Shown: positions 17,126 to 27,481 of the stretch, piece by piece | Layout of the letters: every line of letters starts with the position of its first letter | Numbering within the stretch: the first letter of the stretch is position 1 | IMG/VR virus record: IMGVR_UViG_3300042541_000539 | Location: 1-63,936 of that record | Direction: 5' to 3' (one strand) | From: a virus | Taxonomy: Duplodnaviria; Caudoviricetes | DNA length: 63,936 nt | Translations under genes and position numbers: made by a program | The notes under the pieces: generated by a model | Database searches by the model: none | Seen by the model: the letters and a program-made list of their open reading frames with translations, nothing else | Told to the model about the DNA's origin: nothing

Positions 17126-17392
17126 ATGGAAAATACAAACAAAATTACAGAAGAACAATTACAAACTATAATTAGGCATCAAAAAGAAATGAATGGCCTA
17201 TTAGTTAACATAGGATTACTTGAATCTCAAAAGCACGGATTGTTACATCAGATTGCTGAAGTAAATAAAGAGCTTGAGGGATTTAAACTTGAATTGCAAA
17301 ATCAATATGGTGAAGTGAACATTAATGTCGAAGACGGAACTTATACCGCTATCGAGAAAAATGATCCTGCTAAATTAGAAGTTGTACAATAA
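17126..17392 (+). CDS. coiled-coil hypothetical protein
   Basis: Heptads ending YGEVNINVEDG. Confidence 0.75.
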   Translation: MENTNKITEEQLQTIIRHQKEMNGLLVNIGLLESQKHGLLHQIAEVNKELEGFKLELQNQYGEVNINVEDGTYTAIEKNDPAKLEVVQ

Positions 17393-17619
17393 TGGATTCT
17401 GTAATTAGAAAGATAAGCATTGGCTCCGACTATAAGAACGAGGCAATGCATTATTCTATTGGGCAATCGGTATACGGGGGGCATGATATTTATGCTATAA
17501 TTCTTAATAATCATGATAATTCCTACTCTGTTTATATAAAAAAAGGAGAAGAAGTAATGCCATGGAAGAAGTTTAATTCTAACATGGCAATATCCGTAGA
17601 ATATGATCTAGAATATTAA
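17392..17619 (+). CDS. conserved hypothetical protein
   Basis: IRKISIGSDYKNEAMHY; translationally coupled. Confidence 0.75.
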   Translation: MDSVIRKISIGSDYKNEAMHYSIGQSVYGGHDIYAIILNNHDNSYSVYIKKGEEVMPWKKFNSNMAISVEYDLEY

Positions 17620-18227
17620 TGGGAAGTGTATTTGATTTTATAGTCAAACCAGTTGGAGATAGATATAATAATAAAGTAAAGGTTGGTGATAAAGAATTAA
17701 TAATAAACACCAAGATTGAAAGTTTTAAAGCTGTAAATAACTTTGCTGAAGTAGTTAATGTACCATTAGCTTATTCAACTGATATAAAAGTTGGAGATAT
17801 AGTTGTAATTCACCATAATGTTTTTAGAGTGTTTTATGATATAAGAGGAGTCAAAAAGAATAGTAGATCTTATTTTAAAGATGATTTATATTTTTGCGCT
17901 CTTGATCAAATTTATTTGTATAAAAATACAGGTAAATGGCAAACATTTGGTGACAGATGTTTTGTTAAGCCTATTGAGAATAAAGACTATTTAAAGATCG
18001 ATAAAGAGCAAAGACTTATTGGTATATTAAAATACGGAAATGACTCTTTAAAAGCGCTCAAAATAGACGAGGGAGACCTTGTTGGATATACTCCTTATGG
18101 GGAATATGATTTTGTCATTGATGGGCAAAGATTATATTGTATGAAATCTAATGATATTGTAATTAAATATGAATATAAAGGAAACGAAACAAGCTATAAT
18201 CCAATCTGGGCACAAAGCAGTTCTTGA
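17619..18227 (+). CDS. tandem GroES-like domain protein
   Basis: Two repeats: FIVKP...IKVGDIV and GDRCFVKP...EGDLV...DGQRLYCMKSNDI. Confidence 0.6.
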   Translation: MGSVFDFIVKPVGDRYNNKVKVGDKELIINTKIESFKAVNNFAEVVNVPLAYSTDIKVGDIVVIHHNVFRVFYDIRGVKKNSRSYFKDDLYFCALDQIYLYKNTGKWQTFGDRCFVKPIENKDYLKIDKEQRLIGILKYGNDSLKALKIDEGDLVGYTPYGEYDFVIDGQRLYCMKSNDIVIKYEYKGNETSYNPIWAQSSS

Positions 18228-18444
18228 ATTAATTAAGGTAGCTGAAGAAGCTATTTTAGATAACGGAGATGATGATTTAAGTGCAGACAAATTAAAGAAT
18301 GCCGCAGCAACTAAAAAGCTTGCAATCTTTGACGCCTTTGAAATACTTAATAGAATAGAGCTTGAAGAAAAAATGCTTGAAGACGAAGAAAAAGGACCAA
18401 CCCAAGTAACATTTAAAGGTTTTGCAGAAGGGAGATCCAAATAA
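18169..18444 (+). CDS. terminase small subunit (putative)
   Basis: Helical 91-aa protein directly upstream of TerL. Confidence 0.6.
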   Translation: MNIKETKQAIIQSGHKAVLELIKVAEEAILDNGDDDLSADKLKNAAATKKLAIFDAFEILNRIELEEKMLEDEEKGPTQVTFKGFAEGRSK

Positions 18445-20666
18445 TGTACGAGCAAGCACTATATAGAATATTACCTGACCACGTAAAATCGAATGTTATA
18501 AAGAAAACAAATCGATACAATAACTGGAAATATGGGTATAATAAAGACCATGATATGGTTGTTATTAGTAAGACTGGAAAGATTGGTGAAATATATGAAA
18601 TCCAGAATTTAAAGATAGCATTACCATTAATAGAGAATACATACAAAAGAAAAGATAAGAAGGAGGAACAATACTGGCAGCAGTTAGAAGTCCCGAAAGA
18701 ACTTGAAAAAATAAAAAACGTATTTGACTGGAATAAATATCCAGACACATTCAAAGAACGATGGTATGATTATATTGATGCCGAATTCAAGTACAGGGAC
18801 GAAGGTTTCTCTTTTTATAATAATGGAATACCAACATATATAACTGGTTCACACTATATGTACTTGCAATGGAGCAAGATTGATATAGGGGCACCAGATT
18901 TTAGAGAGTCTAATAGATTGTTCTTTTTGTTTTGGGAGGCATGTAAAGCAGATAGCAGATGTTACGGTATGTGCTATTTAAAGAATAGACGTTCCGGGTT
19001 CTCATTTATGTCGTCGGCTGAATTAGTTAACTTAGCGACTATGTCAAGTGATTCAAGATTTGGAATACTATCTAAATCAGGAGCTGATGCTAAAACAATG
19101 TTTACAGATAAGGTTGTACCAATATCACTAAACTATCCTTTCTTCTTTAAACCCATACAAGATGGTATGGATAGACCAAAGACAGAACTTGCATATAGAG
19201 TTCCTGCTTCTAAGTTTACAAGAAGAAAATTAGATAACAGTGAAATGTCTGAAGAAATTACAGGGCTTGACACAACTATAGATTGGAAAAATACTGGAGA
19301 CAATAGTTATGATGGTGAAAAATTAAAGCTATTAGCACATGATGAATCCGCTAAATGGTTAAAACCAGATAATATATTAAATAACTGGCGAGTTACTAAA
19401 ACTTGTTTAAGATTAGGTAGTAGAATTATTGGTAAGTGTATGATGGGGTCTACCTCAAACGCACTAGATAAAGGAGGATCTAATTATAAAAAACTTTATT
19501 ATGACTCTGATGTCTCAAAAAGAAACCGCAATGGACAGACTAGTTCAGGATTATATAGTTTGTTCATACCTATGGAATGGTCGTACGAGGGATTCATTGA
19601 TACTTATGGAATACCTGTATTCGATACTCCAAAAACAACAATCAAAGGGGTTGACGGAAACGAAATAGAATATGGGGTAATTGAACATTGGCAAAACGAA
19701 GTAGACGGTTTGAAGTCAGACTCTGACGGACTAAACGAATACTATAGACAATTTCCAAGAACAGAACAACACGCATTTAGAGATGAAACAAAACAATCAT
19801 TGTTTAATCTTACAAAGATATACGAGCAAATTGATTATAACGACGATCTAAGAAATACTAATATATTAACTAGAGGTAATTTTCAATGGGAAGGTGGAAT
19901 ACAAGATAGTAAAGTAATATTCTATCCAAATAAAGATGGTAGATTCTTGGTATCATGGATACCGCCATATAATTTGCAGAACAGTGTTATTCAAAAGAAC
20001 GGGATGAAATATCCTGGCAATGAACACATTGGAGCTTTTGGTTGTGACCCATATGATATTTCAGGTACAACAGATGGTAAAGGATCGAAAGGAGCATTAC
20101 ACGGATTGACTAAGTTTTCAATGGACGACGCTCCCTCAAACGCTTTCTTTTTAGAATATATATCTAGACCTCAGACTGCTGAGATATTTTTTGAAGATGT
20201 GCTTATGGCTTGTATATTTTACGGTATGCCTATATTAGCAGAGAATAATAAACCAAGACTATTATATTATTTTAAAAGAAGAGGGTATAGAGGTTACTCT
20301 ATGAATAGACCCGATAAGGTATTTAATAAATTATCCGTCACAGAGAGAGAAATTGGGGGTATGCCTAACTCAAGTGAAGATATTAAACAAGCACACGCGG
20401 CGGCCATAGAAAGCTATATAGAGGACCACGTTGGATGGAATGAAGAAGGATGTGGTATAATGTATTTTCAAAACACTTTGGAAGACTGGGCAAGGTTTAA
20501 TATAAATGATAGAACAAAGCATGATGCTTCAATTAGTTCTGGCTTAGCTATAATGGCTTGTAATAAAAACAAATACATGCCAACTTATAGAAAAGAAGTT
20601 ATACCAACTTCATTAGGTCTAAAAAGATATGATAATAAAGGCACGACCTCAAAAATTATTAAATAA
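18444..20666 (+). CDS. terL: terminase large subunit
   Basis: Walker A KNRRSGFS, Walker B LLAHDE, nuclease GCDPYD. Confidence 0.93.
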   Translation: MYEQALYRILPDHVKSNVIKKTNRYNNWKYGYNKDHDMVVISKTGKIGEIYEIQNLKIALPLIENTYKRKDKKEEQYWQQLEVPKELEKIKNVFDWNKYPDTFKERWYDYIDAEFKYRDEGFSFYNNGIPTYITGSHYMYLQWSKIDIGAPDFRESNRLFFLFWEACKADSRCYGMCYLKNRRSGFSFMSSAELVNLATMSSDSRFGILSKSGADAKTMFTDKVVPISLNYPFFFKPIQDGMDRPKTELAYRVPASKFTRRKLDNSEMSEEITGLDTTIDWKNTGDNSYDGEKLKLLAHDESAKWLKPDNILNNWRVTKTCLRLGSRIIGKCMMGSTSNALDKGGSNYKKLYYDSDVSKRNRNGQTSSGLYSLFIPMEWSYEGFIDTYGIPVFDTPKTTIKGVDGNEIEYGVIEHWQNEVDGLKSDSDGLNEYYRQFPRTEQHAFRDETKQSLFNLTKIYEQIDYNDDLRNTNILTRGNFQWEGGIQDSKVIFYPNKDGRFLVSWIPPYNLQNSVIQKNGMKYPGNEHIGAFGCDPYDISGTTDGKGSKGALHGLTKFSMDDAPSNAFFLEYISRPQTAEIFFEDVLMACIFYGMPILAENNKPRLLYYFKRRGYRGYSMNRPDKVFNKLSVTEREIGGMPNSSEDIKQAHAAAIESYIEDHVGWNEEGCGIMYFQNTLEDWARFNINDRTKHDASISSGLAIMACNKNKYMPTYRKEVIPTSLGLKRYDNKGTTSKIIK

Positions 20667-23072
20667 ATGAATATATACACAAATACAAATAGCGCTTTCC
20701 CTAGTCAAGTTGTTGATGATGCAACCAAAGCTTCCGAAGAATACGGATTGCAGGTTTCTAGAGCTATAGAGCAAGAGTGGTTTAATCAAGGCAGAACAAG
20801 CGGCAATAGGTATTTAACACATTGGAATAATTTTAATAGACTTAGGTTATACGCTAGGGGTGAACAACCTATACAAAAGTATAAGGATGAATTGTCAATC
20901 AACGGTGATTTATCTTATTTAAACTTAGACTGGACACCTGTGCCTATATTATCAAAATTTGTAGATATAGTTGCTAATGGCATTTCTCAAAAGACATATG
21001 ACGTAAAAGCTACTGCTCAAGATCCAGAGTCACTTAAGAAAAGAACTGACTATGCTTCTTCTTTACAATACGATATGGTTAACCAACCATTAATAAATAG
21101 CGTATTAGAAAAAACCGGTACAAACATATCTAAGTCAAATGTACCACCATCTGAATTGCCACAATCGCAAGAAGAGTTAGAGTTACACATGCAGCTATCC
21201 TACAAACAATCTATTGAAATTGCAGAGGAGGAAGCTATTAATACAGTATTAAAAGGTAATAAATATGACCTTACCAGAAAAAGACTTAACTACGATTTAA
21301 CTACAATTGGTATTGCCGCTGTAAAAACATCGTTTAATGTATCAGAAGGCATCGTAGTAGATTACGTTGATCCATCTTATATGATTTATTCATATACAGA
21401 AGATCCTCATTTTAATGACATATATTATGTAGGTGAAGTTAAAGCCGTTACTATATCAGAATTAAAGAAACAATTTCCTAATATTTCAGAAGAAGAATTA
21501 TTAAGAATTCAAAATATGCCCGGCAACAGACAGTATATTCAAGGCTGGGGAAATTATGATGAGAACACTGTTCAAGTATTATACTTTGAGTATAAAACAT
21601 ATATGAACCAGGTTTTTAAAATAAAACAAGGCGAAAACGGATTAGAGAAAGTTATTCAAAAAACTGATGCTTTTAATCCTCCAGCAAATGAAAATTTTGA
21701 AAAAGTATTTAGAACTATAGAGGTATTATATACTGGAGCAAAAATTATAGGTACAAATGAAATGTTGCAATGGGAGTTATCAAAAAATATGTCTCGCCCA
21801 TATGCTGATACTACTAGGGTTAAAATGAATTACAATATTGTAGCTCCTAGAATGTACAAAGGGAAAATAGATTCTATTGTATCTAAATGTATTTCATTTG
21901 CGGATATGATTCAATTAACACACCTTAAGTTGCAACAAGTATTATCAAGAGTTGTACCTGATGGGGTTTATTTAGATGTTGATGGATTAATGGAAGTTGA
22001 TTTAGGTAACGGAACTAACTATAATCCAGCAGAGGCATTAAACATGTACTTTCAAACCGGTAGTATTGTTGGTAGATCTTTAACGCAAGAAGGAGATATA
22101 AATAGAGGGAAGGTTCCGATCCAAGAACTTACTACATCAAGTGGTCAAGGTAAGATACAAAGTTTAATACAAACGTATCAGTATTACCTGCAAATGATTA
22201 GAGATGTTACGGGGCTTAATGAAGCTGTTGACGGAAGTAAACCAGATTCAAACGCTTTGGTTGGTTTACAGAAGATAGCGGCTAACGCATCTAACGTAGC
22301 TACACGGCATATAAAGGACGCTAGTTTAAGCTTAACAGTTAGCACTTGCGAAAACATATCGCTTAGAATACCTGATTGCTTAAACAATCCATTAACAAAT
22401 AACTCACTAAAGAATAGTATATCAACTTATAATGTACAAACATTAAAGGAGATTGAAAATTTAAACCTATACGATTTTGGTATTTATTTAGAGGTTGAAC
22501 CAGACGAAGAAGAAAAACAACAACTAGAACAAAACATACAAGTATCATTACAAAATGGTAGCGTAGATTTAGAAGATGTTATTGACATCCGTCAAATTAA
22601 AAATATCAAATTAGCTAATCAGTTATTGAAGCTTAAAAGAAAGAAAAAGCAACAAGATGTACAACAACAACAATTAGCAAATATACAAGCACAAGCAGAT
22701 GCTAATTCCCAGAACGCAGAGAAAGCAGCGATGTTTGAGGTTCAAAAACAACAGGCTTTAGCGCAAACTCAAATACAAATAGAGCAAGCTAAATCTCAAT
22801 TTGAAATGCAAAGATTGCAAGCAGAAGGCGAGATTAAAAAGCAACTACTTGCAGAAGAGTTTAATTACAATATGCAATTAGCTCAATTAAAGGTTCAGGC
22901 TGAAACAAATAAGTTTAGTCAGCTAGAAGACAGGAAAGACGAAAGAACTAAGATACAAGCGTCCCAGCAATCAGAATTAATAGATCAGCGTAAGAATGAT
23001 TCTTTACCAAAAGACTTTCAAGCAAACGCCTCTAACTTAATGGACGATCTAGGTGGTATGCTATCAATGTAA
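20667..23072 (+). CDS. portal protein
   Basis: 801 aa after TerL with a long Q-rich C-terminal coiled coil. Confidence 0.85.
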   Translation: MNIYTNTNSAFPSQVVDDATKASEEYGLQVSRAIEQEWFNQGRTSGNRYLTHWNNFNRLRLYARGEQPIQKYKDELSINGDLSYLNLDWTPVPILSKFVDIVANGISQKTYDVKATAQDPESLKKRTDYASSLQYDMVNQPLINSVLEKTGTNISKSNVPPSELPQSQEELELHMQLSYKQSIEIAEEEAINTVLKGNKYDLTRKRLNYDLTTIGIAAVKTSFNVSEGIVVDYVDPSYMIYSYTEDPHFNDIYYVGEVKAVTISELKKQFPNISEEELLRIQNMPGNRQYIQGWGNYDENTVQVLYFEYKTYMNQVFKIKQGENGLEKVIQKTDAFNPPANENFEKVFRTIEVLYTGAKIIGTNEMLQWELSKNMSRPYADTTRVKMNYNIVAPRMYKGKIDSIVSKCISFADMIQLTHLKLQQVLSRVVPDGVYLDVDGLMEVDLGNGTNYNPAEALNMYFQTGSIVGRSLTQEGDINRGKVPIQELTTSSGQGKIQSLIQTYQYYLQMIRDVTGLNEAVDGSKPDSNALVGLQKIAANASNVATRHIKDASLSLTVSTCENISLRIPDCLNNPLTNNSLKNSISTYNVQTLKEIENLNLYDFGIYLEVEPDEEEKQQLEQNIQVSLQNGSVDLEDVIDIRQIKNIKLANQLLKLKRKKKQQDVQQQQLANIQAQADANSQNAEKAAMFEVQKQQALAQTQIQIEQAKSQFEMQRLQAEGEIKKQLLAEEFNYNMQLAQLKVQAETNKFSQLEDRKDERTKIQASQQSELIDQRKNDSLPKDFQANASNLMDDLGGMLSM

Positions 23073-23105
23073 CCAAAATATTAACCAATTTTATATTATC
23101 ATATT

Positions 23106-24275
23106 ATGTCACAAGAAGTAAAACAGGAAGGGGAATTTAAAATGAAGAAACCTTCTGTAAAAAAATTAAACAAACCAACTGAAGTCACAAAGGTTGATTT
23201 GGATAAACCAAAAGAAGAGCCAATCAAAGTAGTAATTTCTAAAGAAGGAGAAGATGCCATTCAAGAACAAGCAACAGATGAAAGCGTGTTACGCAGCAAA
23301 CAGTCCGAAGTGGGATTGCAAGAAGTGGAAACAGGAAACGAAGGGACCGCTGAAAATGTTATTGAAGAAATCTTTGAACAAGAAATAAAAAAAGAAGCCG
23401 GCGAAGCTAAAGAAGAGCTTGCGGAGGCTTTAATAAAACACGAACAAGGTAAACAATTACCAGAAAATATTGAAAAGCTTGTTGCTTTTATGGAAGAGAC
23501 AGGCGGAACAGTTGAAGATTATGTTCGATTAAATGCCGATTATTCTAGCATAAGCAATGTAGCATTACTAAAAGAATATTACAAAAGCACAAAAAGTCAT
23601 TTAGATGCCGAAGAAATTGAATTTTTATTAGAGGACAAGTTTTTCTTTGATGAAGATATTGATGATGAAAGAGAAATCAAATTAAAGAAACTAGCTTTCA
23701 AAGAAGAAATCTCAAAAGCAAAGAAATTTTTAGAAGATACAAAACAAAAATATTATGCAGACATTAAGTCAAGACCTAGTGTAAATGCAGATCAACAAAA
23801 GGCTGTTGACTTTTTCAACAGATATAATACCGAGCAAAACAAAGTAGCTCAACAACACGAGACGTTTAAAAAACAAACATCTAAATTTTTCAACGACGAA
23901 TTCAAAGGTTTTGAATTCAATTTACCTGAAAAGAAGTTTAGATATAATGTTCAAAATCCGTCTCAAGTTGCAGAAAATCAAGCAGATATACAAACCTTTA
24001 TCGGAAAGTTTCTAGATAAAGAAGGTAATGTAACAGACACTGCGGGTTATCACAAGGCTTTGTACTCAGCTATAAACGCCGATAAAATTGCTTCACATTT
24101 TTATGAGCAAGGAAAAGCGGATGCTGTAAAACAAGTTGTTGCTAGTTCAAAAAACCCGAGTACAGATGCTCCTCGACAATCAGGAGAACCATTTATAAAT
24201 GGACTTAGGGTTAAATCTATTAGCAGCCAGGATTCCTCAAAACTGAGTATCCAAACAAGAAAATTTAACAATTAA
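23106..24275 (+). CDS. scaffolding protein (putative)
   Basis: Acidic helical protein between portal and capsid. Confidence 0.7.
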   Translation: MSQEVKQEGEFKMKKPSVKKLNKPTEVTKVDLDKPKEEPIKVVISKEGEDAIQEQATDESVLRSKQSEVGLQEVETGNEGTAENVIEEIFEQEIKKEAGEAKEELAEALIKHEQGKQLPENIEKLVAFMEETGGTVEDYVRLNADYSSISNVALLKEYYKSTKSHLDAEEIEFLLEDKFFFDEDIDDEREIKLKKLAFKEEISKAKKFLEDTKQKYYADIKSRPSVNADQQKAVDFFNRYNTEQNKVAQQHETFKKQTSKFFNDEFKGFEFNLPEKKFRYNVQNPSQVAENQADIQTFIGKFLDKEGNVTDTAGYHKALYSAINADKIASHFYEQGKADAVKQVVASSKNPSTDAPRQSGEPFINGLRVKSISSQDSSKLSIQTRKFNN

Positions 24276-24288
24276 AAATTAAAAAACT

Positions 24289-25737
24289 ATGGCAAACGTT
24301 TCGCCTACATTCGGTTCAATTAAACCGTCTCAAAAACAACAAGCGCTTGATACAAATTATTTAAACTTCACCAATGGTGATGATAATAACTTTGCGCAAC
24401 AATACTTACCTGAAATCTACGAAGCAGAAGTAGAACGTTATGGTAATAGAACTTTATCTGGCTTCTTACGTATGGTAGGAGCTGAGATGCCTATGTCTTC
24501 TGATCAAATCGTTTGGTCTGAGCAAAATAGATTACACATTGCATATAATAATGTATCTTGTACTGGAGCAAATGAATTACAATTTGCCACAGGCGGTACT
24601 GGCTCTGCTTTTGTTAATAATGTTATTTCAGTCGGGCAAACATTAGTTGTAATGAGTCCTTCTACTGGTAAAGAACTTAAAGTATATGTTACTGCCTCTA
24701 CTGCAAATCCTACTACTGGAACTGGTGGAGCGACTAATCCGGCTGTACTTACTGTTCAACCTTATACTCAAGCAACTTTGACTGGAACGATTAGCTTTGC
24801 TAGCGCGACTGATCTTAAGATATTTGTTTATGGGTCTGAATTCAAAAAAGGAACTAAAGACGACACAATTAATTCTGTAACGCCTTCTTTCACTCAGTAT
24901 AGTAACTCTCCAATTATCATTAGAGAGAAATATGCAATCTCTGGATCTGACACAGCACAGATTGGATGGGTTGAAGTTGCTACTGAGGAAGGAGCAAGCG
25001 GATTCTTATGGTATTTGAAAGCTGAATCTGAAACAAGATTGCGTTTTGAAGACTACTTAGAAATGGTAGTGATTGAAGGCGAGTTAGCAACTAACTCTAC
25101 GTTAACTGCGGCTAAAATTAAAGGTACTCAAGGCTTATTCTCTGCTGTTAAAGAAAGAGGTAATGTTGTAAATAACTTTGCTGCATCTAGCGGGCTAAAT
25201 GATTTTGATTCTATCTTGAAAAATTTAGATACTCAAGGAGCTATTGAAGAAAATATGTTGTTCTTGAACAGAGCTACGTCTCTTGACTTTGACGATATGT
25301 TAGCATCTTTATCTGCTGGTTCTGCTGGCGGTGTTGCTTACGGATTATTTGAAAATTCTGAACAAATGGCATTGAACTTAGGTTTCTCTGGATTTAGAAG
25401 AGGATCTTACGATTTCTACAAAACTGACTGGAAATACTTAAATGATGCATCTACTCGTGGAGGTATGGCTACTTCATCTATTGATGGATTACTTGTTCCT
25501 GCTGGAACTTCTACAGTTTACGATCAACAATTAGGTACTAACATCCGTAGACCATTCTTACACGTTCGCTACAGAGCTAATCAAGCTGATGATAGAAGAA
25601 TGAAACACTGGATCACTGGATCTGTTGGTGGAGCTTATACTTCTGATCTTGATGCAATGGAGATACACTTCTTATCTGAAAGATGTTTAGTTACGCAAGC
25701 GGCGAATAACTTCGTATTGTTCACAGCTTCAGTATAA
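24289..25737 (+). CDS. major capsid protein
   Basis: 482 aa; gene position, biased codons and a strong downstream hairpin. Confidence 0.85.
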   Translation: MANVSPTFGSIKPSQKQQALDTNYLNFTNGDDNNFAQQYLPEIYEAEVERYGNRTLSGFLRMVGAEMPMSSDQIVWSEQNRLHIAYNNVSCTGANELQFATGGTGSAFVNNVISVGQTLVVMSPSTGKELKVYVTASTANPTTGTGGATNPAVLTVQPYTQATLTGTISFASATDLKIFVYGSEFKKGTKDDTINSVTPSFTQYSNSPIIIREKYAISGSDTAQIGWVEVATEEGASGFLWYLKAESETRLRFEDYLEMVVIEGELATNSTLTAAKIKGTQGLFSAVKERGNVVNNFAASSGLNDFDSILKNLDTQGAIEENMLFLNRATSLDFDDMLASLSAGSAGGVAYGLFENSEQMALNLGFSGFRRGSYDFYKTDWKYLNDASTRGGMATSSIDGLLVPAGTSTVYDQQLGTNIRRPFLHVRYRANQADDRRMKHWITGSVGGAYTSDLDAMEIHFLSERCLVTQAANNFVLFTASV

Positions 25738-25749
25738 CAAACTTGGTGA

Positions 25750-25780
25750 TATTACCCCTGCTGAAATTGCGGGGGTAATA
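25750..25780 (+). terminator. hairpin after the capsid gene
   Basis: tattacccctgc-tgaaatt-gcgggggtaata. Confidence 0.7.
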
Positions 25781-25817
25781 ATTACCCAATTAAAAATTTA
25801 TTAAATTATATTATATC

Positions 25818-26675
25818 ATGCAAACAAAACAAACCGCGAAAGCAAAACCAGAATTAGTAAACACTGAAGTATACGTTGAAGTAGAAAAAGTAAAAGTAGT
25901 AGAATCTATTAAAGAAGACACTCAAAAGAAATTAAAAGACACTTGGGAAATTAAGGATAGAACATACGTTATATTAGATGGAGATTCCCCTTTGACTTAC
26001 ACTTTACAAGCTAGGCATACATTAAGATACCCATTGATTTGGTTTGATAAAAAAACCGGTAATCAAGAGGAACTAAGATACGCTACAAATCAGAATTCTC
26101 CTTTGGTTTCAGAACAAAAAGGACAAGCAACATTAGGACACATTATATTTGAAAATGGTATTCTAAATGTTCCAAAAGAAAAACAAAATTTGCAAAAATT
26201 ATTATCAATGTTCCATCCAGCTTTAAATAAAAGATATATGGAATTTGATCCAGTAGCGGAGGCTTCAGATGATTTGGAAGACATGGACATCCAATTAGAC
26301 GCAATGAATGCGGCAAGAGAAATGGATATTGATCAAGCGGAGGCAATATTAAGAGTTGATATTGGATCTAAAGTTTCTAAAATGACCTCTAAAGAAATTA
26401 AAAGAGACTTAATGTTATTTGCTAAAAACAATCCATCATTATTCTTGGAATTAGCCAATGACGAAAATGTGCATCTTAGAAATATAGCTATCAGAGGAAC
26501 CGAGGAAGGCATTATAAAGCTTACGCATGACAACAGAACATTCCTATGGGGTGAGAATGATAGAAAATTAATGACTGTACCATTTGATGAAAATCCATAC
26601 TCAGCAATGGCAGCATTTTTCAAAACGGATGAAGGTATGGGAATACTCGGGTCCATAGAGAAAAAATTAAAATAA
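25818..26675 (+). CDS. conserved morphogenesis-region protein
   Basis: 285 aa between capsid and tail genes. Confidence 0.75.
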   Translation: MQTKQTAKAKPELVNTEVYVEVEKVKVVESIKEDTQKKLKDTWEIKDRTYVILDGDSPLTYTLQARHTLRYPLIWFDKKTGNQEELRYATNQNSPLVSEQKGQATLGHIIFENGILNVPKEKQNLQKLLSMFHPALNKRYMEFDPVAEASDDLEDMDIQLDAMNAAREMDIDQAEAILRVDIGSKVSKMTSKEIKRDLMLFAKNNPSLFLELANDENVHLRNIAIRGTEEGIIKLTHDNRTFLWGENDRKLMTVPFDENPYSAMAAFFKTDEGMGILGSIEKKLK

Positions 26676-26693
26676 CATGTAATATTAGTATAT

Positions 26694-26718
26694 AGGCGGT
26701 AGCTTCGGTTATCGCCTT
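26694..26718 (+). terminator. UUCG-capped hairpin
   Basis: aggcggtagc-ttcg-gttatcgcct. Confidence 0.6.
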
Positions 26719-26740
26719 AATACTATAATAAATATACAAT

Positions 26741-27475
26741 ATGGCGGTAAATGTTAATACAGTTTATAGAACTGTTCTATTAATAATAAATAAAGAACAA
26801 CGTGGTTACTTAACTCCAGATGAGTTTAACAAGACAGCCACTCAGGTTCAATTAGATATATTTAATGAATATTTTGAAGATTTAAACCAGCAATTACGCG
26901 TCCCCGATAATGATAGCGAGTACAGTGCTCGTATAAAAAACTTAGAAGAAAAGATAGCAATATTCCAGGATAGTGATATTTGCACTTATAGTAGTATTAC
27001 GAAGAAATTTACTCCAACAATTACGGCCCCTAATGAACTTTATAAATTAGGCACAGTAATATACAATGATGAAAAAGAAGTGCAATACGTTCAACCAAAT
27101 GAATTATTGGAATTCAATTTGTCGCCAATTACAAAACCATCAAAGTATTGGCCTGTTTATACATATAAGAATTTTCAAATATCTATTTACCCAACTACAA
27201 TAATAAGTGGTATTTCATGTACTTACTTAAGAAAACCTTTAGACCCAATATGGAACTTTACCATAAGTGGCACTAATTACCAATATGTATATGATCCTAA
27301 TCCATATGACCCTAATACAAATACAGGATCTAGAGACTTTGATTTACATATATCAGAACAAACAAACCTAATAACTAGAATATTACTTTATTCAGGTATA
27401 GTTATAAGAGACCCACAGATAGTTCAGATTGCAGCACAACAAGCACAAGCGGAAACAGCTAATTCAAAAAATTAA
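26741..27475 (+). CDS. tail ring / head-tail adaptor protein
   Basis: NKEQRGYLTPDEFN...YLRKP, crAss-like ring protein pattern. Confidence 0.7.
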   Translation: MAVNVNTVYRTVLLIINKEQRGYLTPDEFNKTATQVQLDIFNEYFEDLNQQLRVPDNDSEYSARIKNLEEKIAIFQDSDICTYSSITKKFTPTITAPNELYKLGTVIYNDEKEVQYVQPNELLEFNLSPITKPSKYWPVYTYKNFQISIYPTTIISGISCTYLRKPLDPIWNFTISGTNYQYVYDPNPYDPNTNTGSRDFDLHISEQTNLITRILLYSGIVIRDPQIVQIAAQQAQAETANSKN

Positions 27476-27481
27476 TAGAAC

